Shown: positions 9,404 through 18,089 of the stretch, one piece after another
Layout of the letters: the number at the start of each line of letters is the position of its first letter
Position numbering within the stretch: the stretch's first letter is position 1
NCBI GenBank assembly: GCA_964478815.1
Contig: CAYZKY010000003.1
Location: forward strand, 23,442-87,441
DNA from: an uncultured Verrucomicrobiota bacterium
GTDB lineage: Bacteria; Verrucomicrobiota; Verrucomicrobiia; Limisphaerales; SXQI01
Length of the DNA stretch: 64,000 bases
Direction of reading: 5' to 3'
The notes under the pieces: model-generated
What the model was told of the DNA's origin: nothing
Seen by the model: only the letters and a program-made list of their open reading frames with translations
Databases searched by the model: none
Made by a program: the position numbers and the translations under genes

Positions 9404-10897
9404 TCAAGAGAGCAGAATCTTGACGGCTCTGAGGAAGGACGGGACGGCGGTCACGAGGAATCCGAGGCCGTTCAGGGCGAGGCCGACGACGGCGGCGCGC
9501 CAGCCGCGACCGGCGAGGTGGAAGCCGAACGCGTCCTGCAGAGCAAGAGCACCGCAGATCAAGCCGATGAACCAAATGATGCCCGCGAAGGGCAGCGGGC
9601 TAAAGGCGAACCACGCGAGCCAGCCGGCGACCCCGCACCCGATGCTGAGCCACGCCGAATAGTTTTCCCGGGCCGGGAATCCGGCAAAGCCCCGCGGTTT
9701 CGGGCGGGTGCGCCCGGTGGAGGAGGGCATCCGCTGCAACGGGACAGGCGGCGCGGGGAGATTCGGCCGCGTATTGGGTGGGAGTGGGATGGGCCTCGCC
9801 TGGCCGCTGGTGCGTGGCGGAGCCACGGCCGGACCGATATGCGTTCCGGCGGTGACCGACGAGGCGGAGGGAAACGGATCGCGACCGCCGAGGAGCTTGG
9901 TGCGCCGACACCAGGGGCATTCGGTCAGGTGGCCGCTGTAGATGTGCTGGTCGTTCGCCCAACAACTGACGAGCGCTGTCTCGGCTTCCTCGAGTCCCCA
10001 TTGCCAGGCGGAGGTGTCGGGCCGGGCCGACGGGTGGGAATGCCCGTCTTGAAAGCATCGGACGAATAGATGTTGCAACGCCGGATAGAGCATTTCGAGC
10101 GGAGGCGCGGTCGGTTTGGCGGTGTAGGGGACGCCGGCTCCGGCGGCGTAGGGAAAGTGGCCGGCGGCGATCCGGGCTTCCAGCGGCGGGGATTCGCCGT
10201 GACCGGTGAAGTTGCCGGAGAAAGGATGGGTGCCTTCCATGAGCAACTGGAAGAGCAAGGTGCTGAGGCCGAACAGATCGTGCTGCACATTGCGGTCGAA
10301 CTGGCCGAAGGTCTTGCCTTGCAGCTCGGGCGGCGTGAAGTCGGGCTTGCCGACGCGACATCGGTAGACCCGGCCCTTCTCAGCATCCCAGACCTGGAAC
10401 GAATCCGTATCGACGACCGTGACGAGCGCGGTTTCCGCGACGAGAATATTCGACTCATTCAGATCGCCGACCACATAGCCGCGCTCGTGCAAGGCGCGGA
10501 GCGCGATGACCAGATTCCGGGCGGTGCGGTGAAGATAGAAATGATTGAAGAGCGGACAGGTCTGGCGGCGCGTCTTGGGATTGAAAAAGTCGATGATCGG
10601 GCGCATGCCGCCGACGAAGGGCATGAGGAATCCGACGACCGTCCCGCGGGCGTCGGCCACGGTTTCGGATGGCCAGGCGATCGAGGTGTGGTGCTGGGCG
10701 GCGGTGGGATCGAGGGGCGGGTTGCGCACCATAGCCTCCACTTTGGCGGCGCGCTCGGGGGTGGGCTTGTGCCAGACCTTGGCGACTAGGGTGGGATCGG
10801 TGGGCACCCGATAGACCAGCGCCTCGCCCCCCTTGCCGAGAAGGGCGGAGTTATCCAGCGTCAGAATCTCGCCGGTGACTGTGCGTCGCACACGCAT
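9404..10897 (-). CDS. Atypical Ser/Thr protein kinase with a C-terminal multi-TM anchor
   Basis: 497-aa ORF with a Gly loop GKGGEALVY, VAKVW lysine, catalytic loop GDLNESNILV (in place of HRDLKPxN), VDTDSF (DFG equivalent) and FTPPE (APE equivalent). A CPWC motif and a Pro-rich linker follow. The last ~110 aa carry 3-4 hydrophobic helices (WLSIGCGVAGWLAWFAF, FAGIIWFIGLICGALAL, AAVVGLALNGLGFLVTAV). Confidence 0.85.
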   Translation of the reverse strand: MRVRRTVTGEILTLDNSALLGKGGEALVYRVPTDPTLVAKVWHKPTPERAAKVEAMVRNPPLDPTAAQHHTSIAWPSETVADARGTVVGFLMPFVGGMRPIIDFFNPKTRRQTCPLFNHFYLHRTARNLVIALRALHERGYVVGDLNESNILVAETALVTVVDTDSFQVWDAEKGRVYRCRVGKPDFTPPELQGKTFGQFDRNVQHDLFGLSTLLFQLLMEGTHPFSGNFTGHGESPPLEARIAAGHFPYAAGAGVPYTAKPTAPPLEMLYPALQHLFVRCFQDGHSHPSARPDTSAWQWGLEEAETALVSCWANDQHIYSGHLTECPWCRRTKLLGGRDPFPSASSVTAGTHIGPAVAPPRTSGQARPIPLPPNTRPNLPAPPVPLQRMPSSTGRTRPKPRGFAGFPARENYSAWLSIGCGVAGWLAWFAFSPLPFAGIIWFIGLICGALALQDAFGFHLAGRGWRAAVVGLALNGLGFLVTAVPSFLRAVKILLS

Positions 10898-10905
10898 GGG
10901 CGGGG

Positions 10906-11655
10906 TCAGGGTTTCGCGAGGGTGGCGAGCAGGAGGGTGAGGTCGTCATCCGCGCGCTGGGCGATGCGTGGGGAGGTCAGAAACTTCTCGAACTGGTGGC
11001 GGCGCTCGTCGTCGTTCGGTTCACCCGCCACGAAATGGAAGAGGGGGTCGAAGAATCGCTCGTGGGGCGTGGCCTCGGGCATTTTGAGCGCCAACATCTG
11101 AAGGCCATCGGTAAACATGGCCGCTCGTGAGATGGGACCGGAGACGCTGGCGAATTGCGCGTGATCGAGCGCGCTCTCAATGGTGAGAAACAGCGTCTCG
11201 TTCAGGTACTCGGCAGCCGGAGGCCGGGTCAGCGAACGAAGCCCATTCGACCCGGAGACGAGGGCGGCTCCATCGCCGATCTGGAGGGCAGCCGCATGAT
11301 CCGGGGTGGCGGCAAGGAGCATGAGCGTGCAGGCCAGATCCCGGAGCTCGCACTTCGAACGGATCGATTCGGCGGCAAGCGCATCGCGCGCTTGCTGGAA
11401 CGCGCTTCGCAGGAGGCTTTCCAGGCGGCTCGGCGCAAGCGACCCGGCGGCGGCGGCTTCGAGGTGCTTCAAGCCGGTTCGCACCGCCAAGCCCGCGCCG
11501 ACTTCGGCGAGGCGGGCCGAACCCGCGCCATCCGCCACCGCGGCCAGCAGCATCGGCCCGTTCGCAGAACTCCAGGCCAGCGCGTCCTGGCAAGGGAGAT
11601 TGGCGCGGGCGTGACTGACGCCCTGGACGGAAACGCCGGTGACACGCCAGTTCAT
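10906..11655 (-). CDS. PP2C-type (PPM, PP2C_2-like) Ser/Thr phosphatase
   Basis: 249-aa ORF with GVSVQGVSHARANLPCQDA, AVADGAGSA, IGDGA and FTDGL motifs, typical of the bacterial PP2C_2 family. It ends 8 nt before the kinase start. Confidence 0.85.
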   Translation of the reverse strand: MNWRVTGVSVQGVSHARANLPCQDALAWSSANGPMLLAAVADGAGSARLAEVGAGLAVRTGLKHLEAAAAGSLAPSRLESLLRSAFQQARDALAAESIRSKCELRDLACTLMLLAATPDHAAALQIGDGAALVSGSNGLRSLTRPPAAEYLNETLFLTIESALDHAQFASVSGPISRAAMFTDGLQMLALKMPEATPHERFFDPLFHFVAGEPNDDERRHQFEKFLTSPRIAQRADDDLTLLLATLAKP

Positions 11656-11747
11656 ACGATCTTCGCGGTTCGGCGCGCCTGGACGCAGGCCATTTCGGTG
11701 ATCGGTTGGTCGATAAAGGACAGCATGGCGCGGAGCGGATTACCGCA

Positions 11748-11774
11748 AAGCAACGTTCACGGGAAGCAATGTTC
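11748..11774 (-). promoter_or_regulatory. Candidate operator: two 11-bp direct repeats upstream of the PP2C-kinase-NTPase operon
   Basis: The plus strand reads AAGCAACGTTC (11748-11758), acggg, AAGCAATGTTC (11764-11774). There is one mismatch and a 16-nt period, 93-119 nt upstream of the PP2C start codon (11655). Confidence 0.3.
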
Positions 11775-11871
11775 ATCGGCCAGCAGCGATTTGTCGAATC
11801 CAGACCTTCGCACCAGGATGGATCGACCGAAAGACGAACTCCACCGCCGATTCCGCCACGGCGCGACCGGC

Positions 11872-14800
11872 TCAGGGCCGGACATTCAAGCGCAGGAAGA
11901 GAGCCGGCTGGCCGGGAATGCGGATGCCCCACGTCTCGCGCGAACGGCTCGAATCGATCGGTTCGCTGCGGAGGAATCCCGCCGGGAACCAAGTGGAGAG
12001 GTCCATGGAGGCTTCGCAGGTCAGTGGCGCATCGTCGGCCAGGACGTTCCGGGGGAACGACAAGGTCAGCGTTCCATCCAGAAGCACACTTGCTTCAACG
12101 GCTCCGAGCCCAGCCGCGGGGTCCGTATCGCTGGTGCCCAACGCGTACTCGACGATGGCGGGGAAACCATCGGCGTCGCGATCTTCGGCTGGGTCTCCGG
12201 CAAAATGGGTGCTATCGGGCGCACCCGGGGCTCCGCCGGAGATGCCGCTGGCCCGCCAGGCCAAAGGGTTTTCCTGACCCAATTCGGGCCGAGCGAAGAC
12301 GAGCGTTTGATTGGTGGACGCCAACGGCCAGGAGCCGCCGAAGCTGTAGGCGAAAGATGCGATCAGATTCGTGCCGGCCATCCACGTCAATTGCTCGCCC
12401 GTGCGCGATAGCGCGCCCGCGTAAACGCCCGCGACCGGCACCTCGAGTCCGTAGCGCCGTTGGAAGCGGAAGAGATCTTCGACCAGCACCAGGCGTTCGC
12501 CGGGAGCCACCAGCGTGTCGCGCCGCTCCGGGAACGCAAACCGGATTCCTTCCGTGAAACGAACGCCGCGCAAGTTCAGGGCGCGCGGGGACCGATTCGC
12601 GATTTCGACGAACTCGCCTCCGCCGCGCTCCAGGTCGTAATTCAATTCCGAGATGACCAGCTCGCCCGGAGCGATCGCTTCGGAGCCCACCTGGAAGAAG
12701 GCTTCGTTCAGAGCCGACCACTCGTTGCCGTCCTTCGTCCGGGCCTTGACGATGGTGTTCCGCGCCAGAGGCGGCGGCGCATTCGAGGTTTGCGGAGCGT
12801 TGGAGCGAAACACCTGCAAATCCAGATCGAAGCTGGTATCCGAGCTGGTCGCGCCGGCTTGATGCAGTTCCACGGCGACGACATTTCGTCCCGCCACGAG
12901 GAGCGAAGCAGGGATGGTGAACGCACTGAAACCCTGACCATCATCGGAGATCGATTCGGCCAATGTCGATCCGGTGACCACGCCCGCAGGCAGCGCGGAC
13001 CGAACAGCTTCCCGGCCATTGATGTAGACAATCGCGCCATCGTCGCGCTTCAAGCGAAGCTCGACCGACGCAATGTTCTGGAGATTCGCCAGATCGAATC
13101 GATGCCGGTAATAGGACGAAATCCACTTCGCATTGGCGTCTGGCCCAAATGGAATGACCGTTGCCTCGTCCCCTTCCCCATAACCAAACTGAGCCGCGCC
13201 TTCGCGCCAGGCTGCATCGTTGAAATCGGGGTGCTTCCAATTGGAGGCGGTCCACCCGGCGGCCCCATTCACGACAGCGCTGCTGCCCAGCCCGGCGGCA
13301 TCCGTAAACCACCGCCAGCGGGCGCCGGCGGGAATAATCGTCTCGCCCGCCTGGCCGGAGGAGATGACCGCGGCGCGCGGCGAGGCGGCGCCACCGGGCA
13401 ATCGCGGATCGCTCCCATCCAATGTGTAATAAAGAGAGCCGCGGCGGGGCGGCGTGAAGACGATCTGGAAGCCTTCCTCCACCACGCCGCCCTGGCGGTT
13501 CAGAACCGGACGATCCAACGCGGGGTAAAAGCCCGCCGAACGGTAATCGGCGAGCACCTGCGTGGTGCGGCCCGGCAGCCAGGAGTTGAGCGCGTTGTCG
13601 CGGCGGCTGGCCCATTCCGCCGGCGTCAGATAATTCCAGCGGGCGGACTCGGCCAGGAAGGCCCGCTGGATTTGATCGGTGCGGGCCCGAAGCCGGGCGA
13701 TATTCCGGCTGGAAGTGAGCGCGCCATCCCCGACCAGCGCCCGGCCGATCCGGTCGGCCAGCAGCACGCGATAGTCCGGATGTCCCTCTCGAAAGAGCAT
13801 GGAAAAGATGCTGCCGGGACCATCGCCGCCGGACCGGCCGGGCGCGCCGCGCCCCGTGCGATTGCCGGCGGCACAATAGTACGGCCCGCAGAACCAGCCG
13901 TCCGCATCGTTGAGATAGAACTTGAAGCCGCTGCCTGGAACGTTCGGGCCGACGCAGCGGTACTCGTCCTCCGCGCCGCCGAACATCCACATGAGCATGA
14001 AGTCGACATACTGCGGCACATCGAGCAGGTCCTTGACCTTGGCGTAGTTGCCGCGATCCCGCTTGATCTGCGCCCACACGCTTCCATCTCCATCGTAAGC
14101 CGTCCCGGGCTCGGCCCAGCCGCCGACGTTCCAATTGCCGTTAATCGATTCGTAGTCGTCCTTCGAGCCACCGAGATAACTCTCGTGCATGGCGGCGCCC
14201 CAGCGTTCCCGCAGATGATAAAGGCCCCAGTACGTGCCGTTGAGATACATGTGCACGAAACGTCCGTGAGGATTGAGCTGGCCCATCTCGAGCATCGTGT
14301 CGTCCACGAAGATGTTCGAGAGATAAAACCCGCGCATTTCCATGTCGTGCGAGCCCGAGCGCAATTCGAGCTGGTCGAATTCCTGCGCCGGCGCGAGGTC
14401 TTGGGGATAATCGTCGAAGAGGGGCCAGCGCAGTTTCTCGGCCCCATGTTCCGCGCGAAAGTAGAGCCGGAAATTCTTCTTCGCGAAGTCCGTGAATGCG
14501 CCGCCGAAATTGCGCACGCCGCAGTCCTCCTGCGTATTGGCCGTGCCATCCGTACGCAGCCACTCGAACGAGGCTTTGGCCTCGCTCGTGCCGGTCACCC
14601 CCGTAGTGGTAACGATCGAAACGGTTGGAACATCCAGCAACCCGGAGCGAACCTGCGGCCCGTAGGTGGCGTGGCGCGTCACGGTCGTTCGCATGACGGA
14701 AGAGGCGATGACATTACTCAGGAACAGGTAAGTGTGCGTATCGACATCGGTCGGTGCCCAATCCGCCTTGAACGCTGCAGCCCGCAGCACAGTGGTATTC

Positions 14801-16185
14801 GTGATGGCGATCGGCCCAGTGTACAGAAGGCCGGTTGTGGCGGTAGGCCGGGTGCGATTGGTGGTGTACCGGATCACCGCGTCTGCCGTCTCGGTGGTGA
14901 TAGTCACATGGAAGTTCGTGTCATAAAAACCCCGGTCGTGGCTGAACTTGGTATCGGCCACCACTCCCGGAAAGACCGGCCCGTTGGTCGCGCCCGGCGT
15001 CGGCGGACGCAAAAAGCCAAGCGTGCCGCCGCTGCCCAAACCGTAACCGATGTTCTTCGGGAGTTTCGGAAAGATCGGCGTTTCCGGATAATCCGCCGGG
15101 AACTGCTGGACGACCTTCGCGCCATCGGTGAGGGCCAGATATTCGCCATCGAGATCGAGGCGGAAATTGGTGTGCCATTCCGTGTCCCGGCGATCCTTGC
15201 CCGAGGCGAAGACGATGAGGAACCCATGCGCCGCCAGCCGCCGCTGGGGAAACGGCCACAGGGCCGGACGGCGCGGATCGTCGGTGAGCGCGAACCCTTC
15301 GAGCTGAATCGCGAATGGATTCGGATTGCGGATCTCGATCCAGTCCGGGGTGTCGCCATCGGCGTCCTTGAGGCCGCCCTGGTTGTCGGCGATGAATTCG
15401 TTGATCTCGGGAGGCAGCGCCGTCGCGTTGACCGAGACCTGCGCAAACGCAGACGCGCTGGCTCCCCCGTTCGAGGCGGTCAGGGTGTAGGTGGTGGAGC
15501 GATCCGGACGGACTTCGATCTGCCCCTGCGTGGCCTCCACCGCTCCGGGGAAAGGCGAAATGGTCGCCGAAGTCGCCCCCAGAATCTCCCAGCGCAACAC
15601 GCTCGGTTCCCCGGCGACGATCGCGTCCGGCTCGGCCTGGAACACGCGAATCTGGGGCGGCGGGATGCCATAGGCCTCCAGCTCCGCGATCTGCGGATTG
15701 TAGGCCGCGTCGCTTAAGTTAACGATTCGAATGAATCGCCCGGCGAAGGAACCGGCTGGATCGGCATTGCCCCGCACGATATCGACGCCCGAGACTCCCG
15801 AGTGGCTCCCATCCGTGCGCACCGCGGCCCGCCAGTTCCGCGCGCCGGACTCGCCTCCGGCATCGGCGTACAGTTCGACCGCGAAGTTGCTCAAACGCTC
15901 CGGGCAGCAGCCATCGGCGCGATTTCGCAAAACGATGCGATCCAATTCGTAGGTGCTCCCGAGATCGACCTCGAAGTAGTAACCCAGCGTGTCCGACCCG
16001 GCGAGCGGGTGCGAGAAGGTCGAAGGATCGCCATCCGTCACCCCTTCCGGCTGCAAACCATTCCAGGTCGCCCCCGAAACTTCGACCGGCGCGTTGAGCG
16101 CCAGATTGCCCTGCGCTTCCGCACGCCACCCAGCCGCCACCCAGGCGATAAGCGCCACCATTCCCAAAATCGATCGTTTCATCAT
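11872..16185 (-). CDS. Large secreted protein with an F5/8 type C (discoidin)-like domain, lamin-tail domains and a CotH kinase-like domain
   Basis: Signal peptide MMKRSILGMVALIAWVAAGWRAEAQG. I placed the start at the first ATG, with GGAGAG upstream; the track uses a GTG at 16194. A discoidin-like N-terminus is present (GVTDGDPSTFSHP...YFEVDLGSTYELDRIVLRNR). LTD motifs are INEFIADNQGG...DWIEIRNPN and VISELNYD...EFVEIANRS. The CotH-like core reads FRLYFRAEHG...ELRSGSHD...MYLNGTYWGLYHLRERW. Confidence 0.85.
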   Translation of the reverse strand: MMKRSILGMVALIAWVAAGWRAEAQGNLALNAPVEVSGATWNGLQPEGVTDGDPSTFSHPLAGSDTLGYYFEVDLGSTYELDRIVLRNRADGCCPERLSNFAVELYADAGGESGARNWRAAVRTDGSHSGVSGVDIVRGNADPAGSFAGRFIRIVNLSDAAYNPQIAELEAYGIPPPQIRVFQAEPDAIVAGEPSVLRWEILGATSATISPFPGAVEATQGQIEVRPDRSTTYTLTASNGGASASAFAQVSVNATALPPEINEFIADNQGGLKDADGDTPDWIEIRNPNPFAIQLEGFALTDDPRRPALWPFPQRRLAAHGFLIVFASGKDRRDTEWHTNFRLDLDGEYLALTDGAKVVQQFPADYPETPIFPKLPKNIGYGLGSGGTLGFLRPPTPGATNGPVFPGVVADTKFSHDRGFYDTNFHVTITTETADAVIRYTTNRTRPTATTGLLYTGPIAITNTTVLRAAAFKADWAPTDVDTHTYLFLSNVIASSVMRTTVTRHATYGPQVRSGLLDVPTVSIVTTTGVTGTSEAKASFEWLRTDGTANTQEDCGVRNFGGAFTDFAKKNFRLYFRAEHGAEKLRWPLFDDYPQDLAPAQEFDQLELRSGSHDMEMRGFYLSNIFVDDTMLEMGQLNPHGRFVHMYLNGTYWGLYHLRERWGAAMHESYLGGSKDDYESINGNWNVGGWAEPGTAYDGDGSVWAQIKRDRGNYAKVKDLLDVPQYVDFMLMWMFGGAEDEYRCVGPNVPGSGFKFYLNDADGWFCGPYYCAAGNRTGRGAPGRSGGDGPGSIFSMLFREGHPDYRVLLADRIGRALVGDGALTSSRNIARLRARTDQIQRAFLAESARWNYLTPAEWASRRDNALNSWLPGRTTQVLADYRSAGFYPALDRPVLNRQGGVVEEGFQIVFTPPRRGSLYYTLDGSDPRLPGGAASPRAAVISSGQAGETIIPAGARWRWFTDAAGLGSSAVVNGAAGWTASNWKHPDFNDAAWREGAAQFGYGEGDEATVIPFGPDANAKWISSYYRHRFDLANLQNIASVELRLKRDDGAIVYINGREAVRSALPAGVVTGSTLAESISDDGQGFSAFTIPASLLVAGRNVVAVELHQAGATSSDTSFDLDLQVFRSNAPQTSNAPPPLARNTIVKARTKDGNEWSALNEAFFQVGSEAIAPGELVISELNYDLERGGGEFVEIANRSPRALNLRGVRFTEGIRFAFPERRDTLVAPGERLVLVEDLFRFQRRYGLEVPVAGVYAGALSRTGEQLTWMAGTNLIASFAYSFGGSWPLASTNQTLVFARPELGQENPLAWRASGISGGAPGAPDSTHFAGDPAEDRDADGFPAIVEYALGTSDTDPAAGLGAVEASVLLDGTLTLSFPRNVLADDAPLTCEASMDLSTWFPAGFLRSEPIDSSRSRETWGIRIPGQPALFLRLNVRP

Positions 16186-16288
16186 GTCGCACACTCTCCG
16201 GCCGAACCCGGATGCTAATCCAAAAACACAGCAGGTTCCGCACCCGCCTGACTATTGCCCAAAACGCCGCTTCTTGTAAGGTATCGGC

Positions 16289-16657
16289 GTGAAATACCGG
16301 ATTGCAGCGTTGGCTCTCAGCTTCCTGCTCTTTCAGGCGGGCTGCGCCACCCGGACGGGATTCCAGCCATCCAAGTTCGGCTTTGTGCGGCTGGGGATGT
16401 CCAAGCCGGAGGCCCTGGCTCTGCTCGGGCCGCCCCGGGAAGCGGGCGTGTCGGAAATAGCCATCAATAGCGCCGGCGACATGCGGAAGCGCGAAGTGCT
16501 GCGCTACGCCGCCGGAGCGGGACGCAACCTTCAGTACTACGTGGTGCTGTTTAGCGACGGCCAGGTCGAGGATTTTGGCCCGCAAGTGGGGAGACTGGAA
16601 CTCGAAGGCGTTTTTAGCCCGTACCCCGCGGAGACTCCGCCGCCGGCCGCGCCGTAA
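16289..16657 (+). CDS. Small lipoprotein, function unknown
   Basis: 122-aa ORF with a lipobox-type signal peptide, MKYRIAALALSFLLFQAGC. Confidence 0.65.
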   Translation: MKYRIAALALSFLLFQAGCATRTGFQPSKFGFVRLGMSKPEALALLGPPREAGVSEIAINSAGDMRKREVLRYAAGAGRNLQYYVVLFSDGQVEDFGPQVGRLELEGVFSPYPAETPPPAAP

Positions 16658-16689
16658 ACCCGATGCCGTGCTGAACTCAGGTTTTCGGT

Positions 16690-18042
16690 ATGCCAGTCCT
16701 TCCCGCCTCTCATCGTGTCCCGCGGTTCCTGAACCTTCTCCGCCTCGCGGCTTTGGCGGCGTGGTTGCTCGGGGCGACTTCCTTCCCGGCCGCCGAAGTG
16801 CGCCGAGACCAGACCGTGCGCGCGATCGAGCAGGTCATGCCCAGCGTGGTGAACATCAGTTCGAAAACGGTCGTGCGCCGGCAAGGTTACTTTTTCGATT
16901 GGTGGCGGGAGAATTGGTCACCGTTTTACCAGGCCCTGCCCCCGCAGTACAGCGCCGGATCGGGCGTGATCATTGATGAAGAAGGCTACGTGCTCACCAA
17001 TGTCCACGTCGTCGAAGGCGCGGACGAAATCGTCGTGACCCTGGCGGACAAACGCACCTTCCCGGCGGACCTGGTCATCGGCACGCGCAAGAGCGACGTG
17101 GCCCTGCTGAAGTTGCGAGCCCAGCCGGGCGAACGATTCGTGCCGATCCGGTTCGCCGGCGATGATGACCTCCTGCTGGGCGAGACCGTCTTGGCGCTCG
17201 GGAATCCGTTCGGCCTGGGCGGTTCGGTCAGCAAGGGGATTCTAAGTTCGAAGACCAGGCGTTCGAGCCCGAACGACGCCACCTTGGACATTGAGGATTG
17301 GATCCAGACCGATGCGGCTATCAATCCCGGCAACAGCGGCGGCCCGCTGGTGAATCTGGAAGGCGAGTTGATCGGGCTCAACGTGGCGATGTTCAAGGAT
17401 GGCCAGGGGATCGGCTTTGCCATCCCGGTCAAACGGCTCTCGGAATCGCTGGGGGAGATCTTCACGCCGGAAACGCTCAAGTCGCTCTGGTTCGGCGCGC
17501 AATTCAAGTCCGGCACGAACGGAATCAGCGTGCTGACGGTCGAACCGGACAGCCCGGCGGATAAGGGAGACCTGCGTAAAGGCGATCTGATCCTGCGCCT
17601 GAACAAAGAGGTCCCGAAAAGTGCCTTTGCCCTGCTCCGGGAAATCCTCGCCCACAGCGATGACGACCTGGTCTTCGGCATCCGGCGCGGCCGGGAAAAC
17701 CGCTCGGCGTCGGTTCGCCTGGTGCCCGAAGAGTCCTTCTTCAATGCGGACCTGATCGAACGAAAGATCGGCGCAACGGTGCAGCCGGTCGCGCCCCGGG
17801 CGGCCGCGTCTCTCGGGCTGAGGGGCGGGCTGGTCGTGACCGGGATCGTGCGGGACAGCCCGGCCGACCACGCCGGCTTTCAGCAAGGGTTGATCATGGA
17901 AGGGTTCGACAATCAGGCGGTCAACACCGTCGCCGGAGCCGCCCGGCTCCTTCACCGCAAACGGCGGGGCGAAACCGTCCGCATCTCCCTGATCGTGCCC
18001 AACCCGGCCCGCCGCACCGCCGTCGAACTGACGGTGCAGTAG
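16690..18042 (+). CDS. HtrA/DegP-family periplasmic serine protease with PDZ domain(s)
   Basis: 450-aa ORF. The trypsin-like triad context is TNVHVVEGAD, DVALLKL and GNSGGPLVNLEGELIGLN. The C-terminal part is PDZ-like (GISVLTVEPDSPADKGDLRKGDLIL and GLVVTGIVRDSPADHAGF). Confidence 0.9.
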   Translation: MPVLPASHRVPRFLNLLRLAALAAWLLGATSFPAAEVRRDQTVRAIEQVMPSVVNISSKTVVRRQGYFFDWWRENWSPFYQALPPQYSAGSGVIIDEEGYVLTNVHVVEGADEIVVTLADKRTFPADLVIGTRKSDVALLKLRAQPGERFVPIRFAGDDDLLLGETVLALGNPFGLGGSVSKGILSSKTRRSSPNDATLDIEDWIQTDAAINPGNSGGPLVNLEGELIGLNVAMFKDGQGIGFAIPVKRLSESLGEIFTPETLKSLWFGAQFKSGTNGISVLTVEPDSPADKGDLRKGDLILRLNKEVPKSAFALLREILAHSDDDLVFGIRRGRENRSASVRLVPEESFFNADLIERKIGATVQPVAPRAAASLGLRGGLVVTGIVRDSPADHAGFQQGLIMEGFDNQAVNTVAGAARLLHRKRRGETVRISLIVPNPARRTAVELTVQ

Positions 18043-18089
18043 ATCCGGTTTTCATCGGCTCTCCCGGCCAGAGCGGTTCAAGAAATACG

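Noticed and set aside
12460-15717. 1085-aa plus-strand ORF, the longest unexplained ORF in the track.
   Set aside because: It lies entirely antisense to the CotH/LTD gene. Its translation is Arg/Gly/Pro/Ala-rich with no motif. This is the typical shadow ORF of a high-GC gene, where stop codons are rare on the antisense strand. The minus-strand product has clear domain motifs.
18043-18089. Short convergent spacer between htrA and the kinase gene, with GCTCT...AGAGC, considered as a bidirectional terminator.
   Set aside because: The stem is only 5 bp, there is no flanking T/A tract, and it is not distinguishable from chance.
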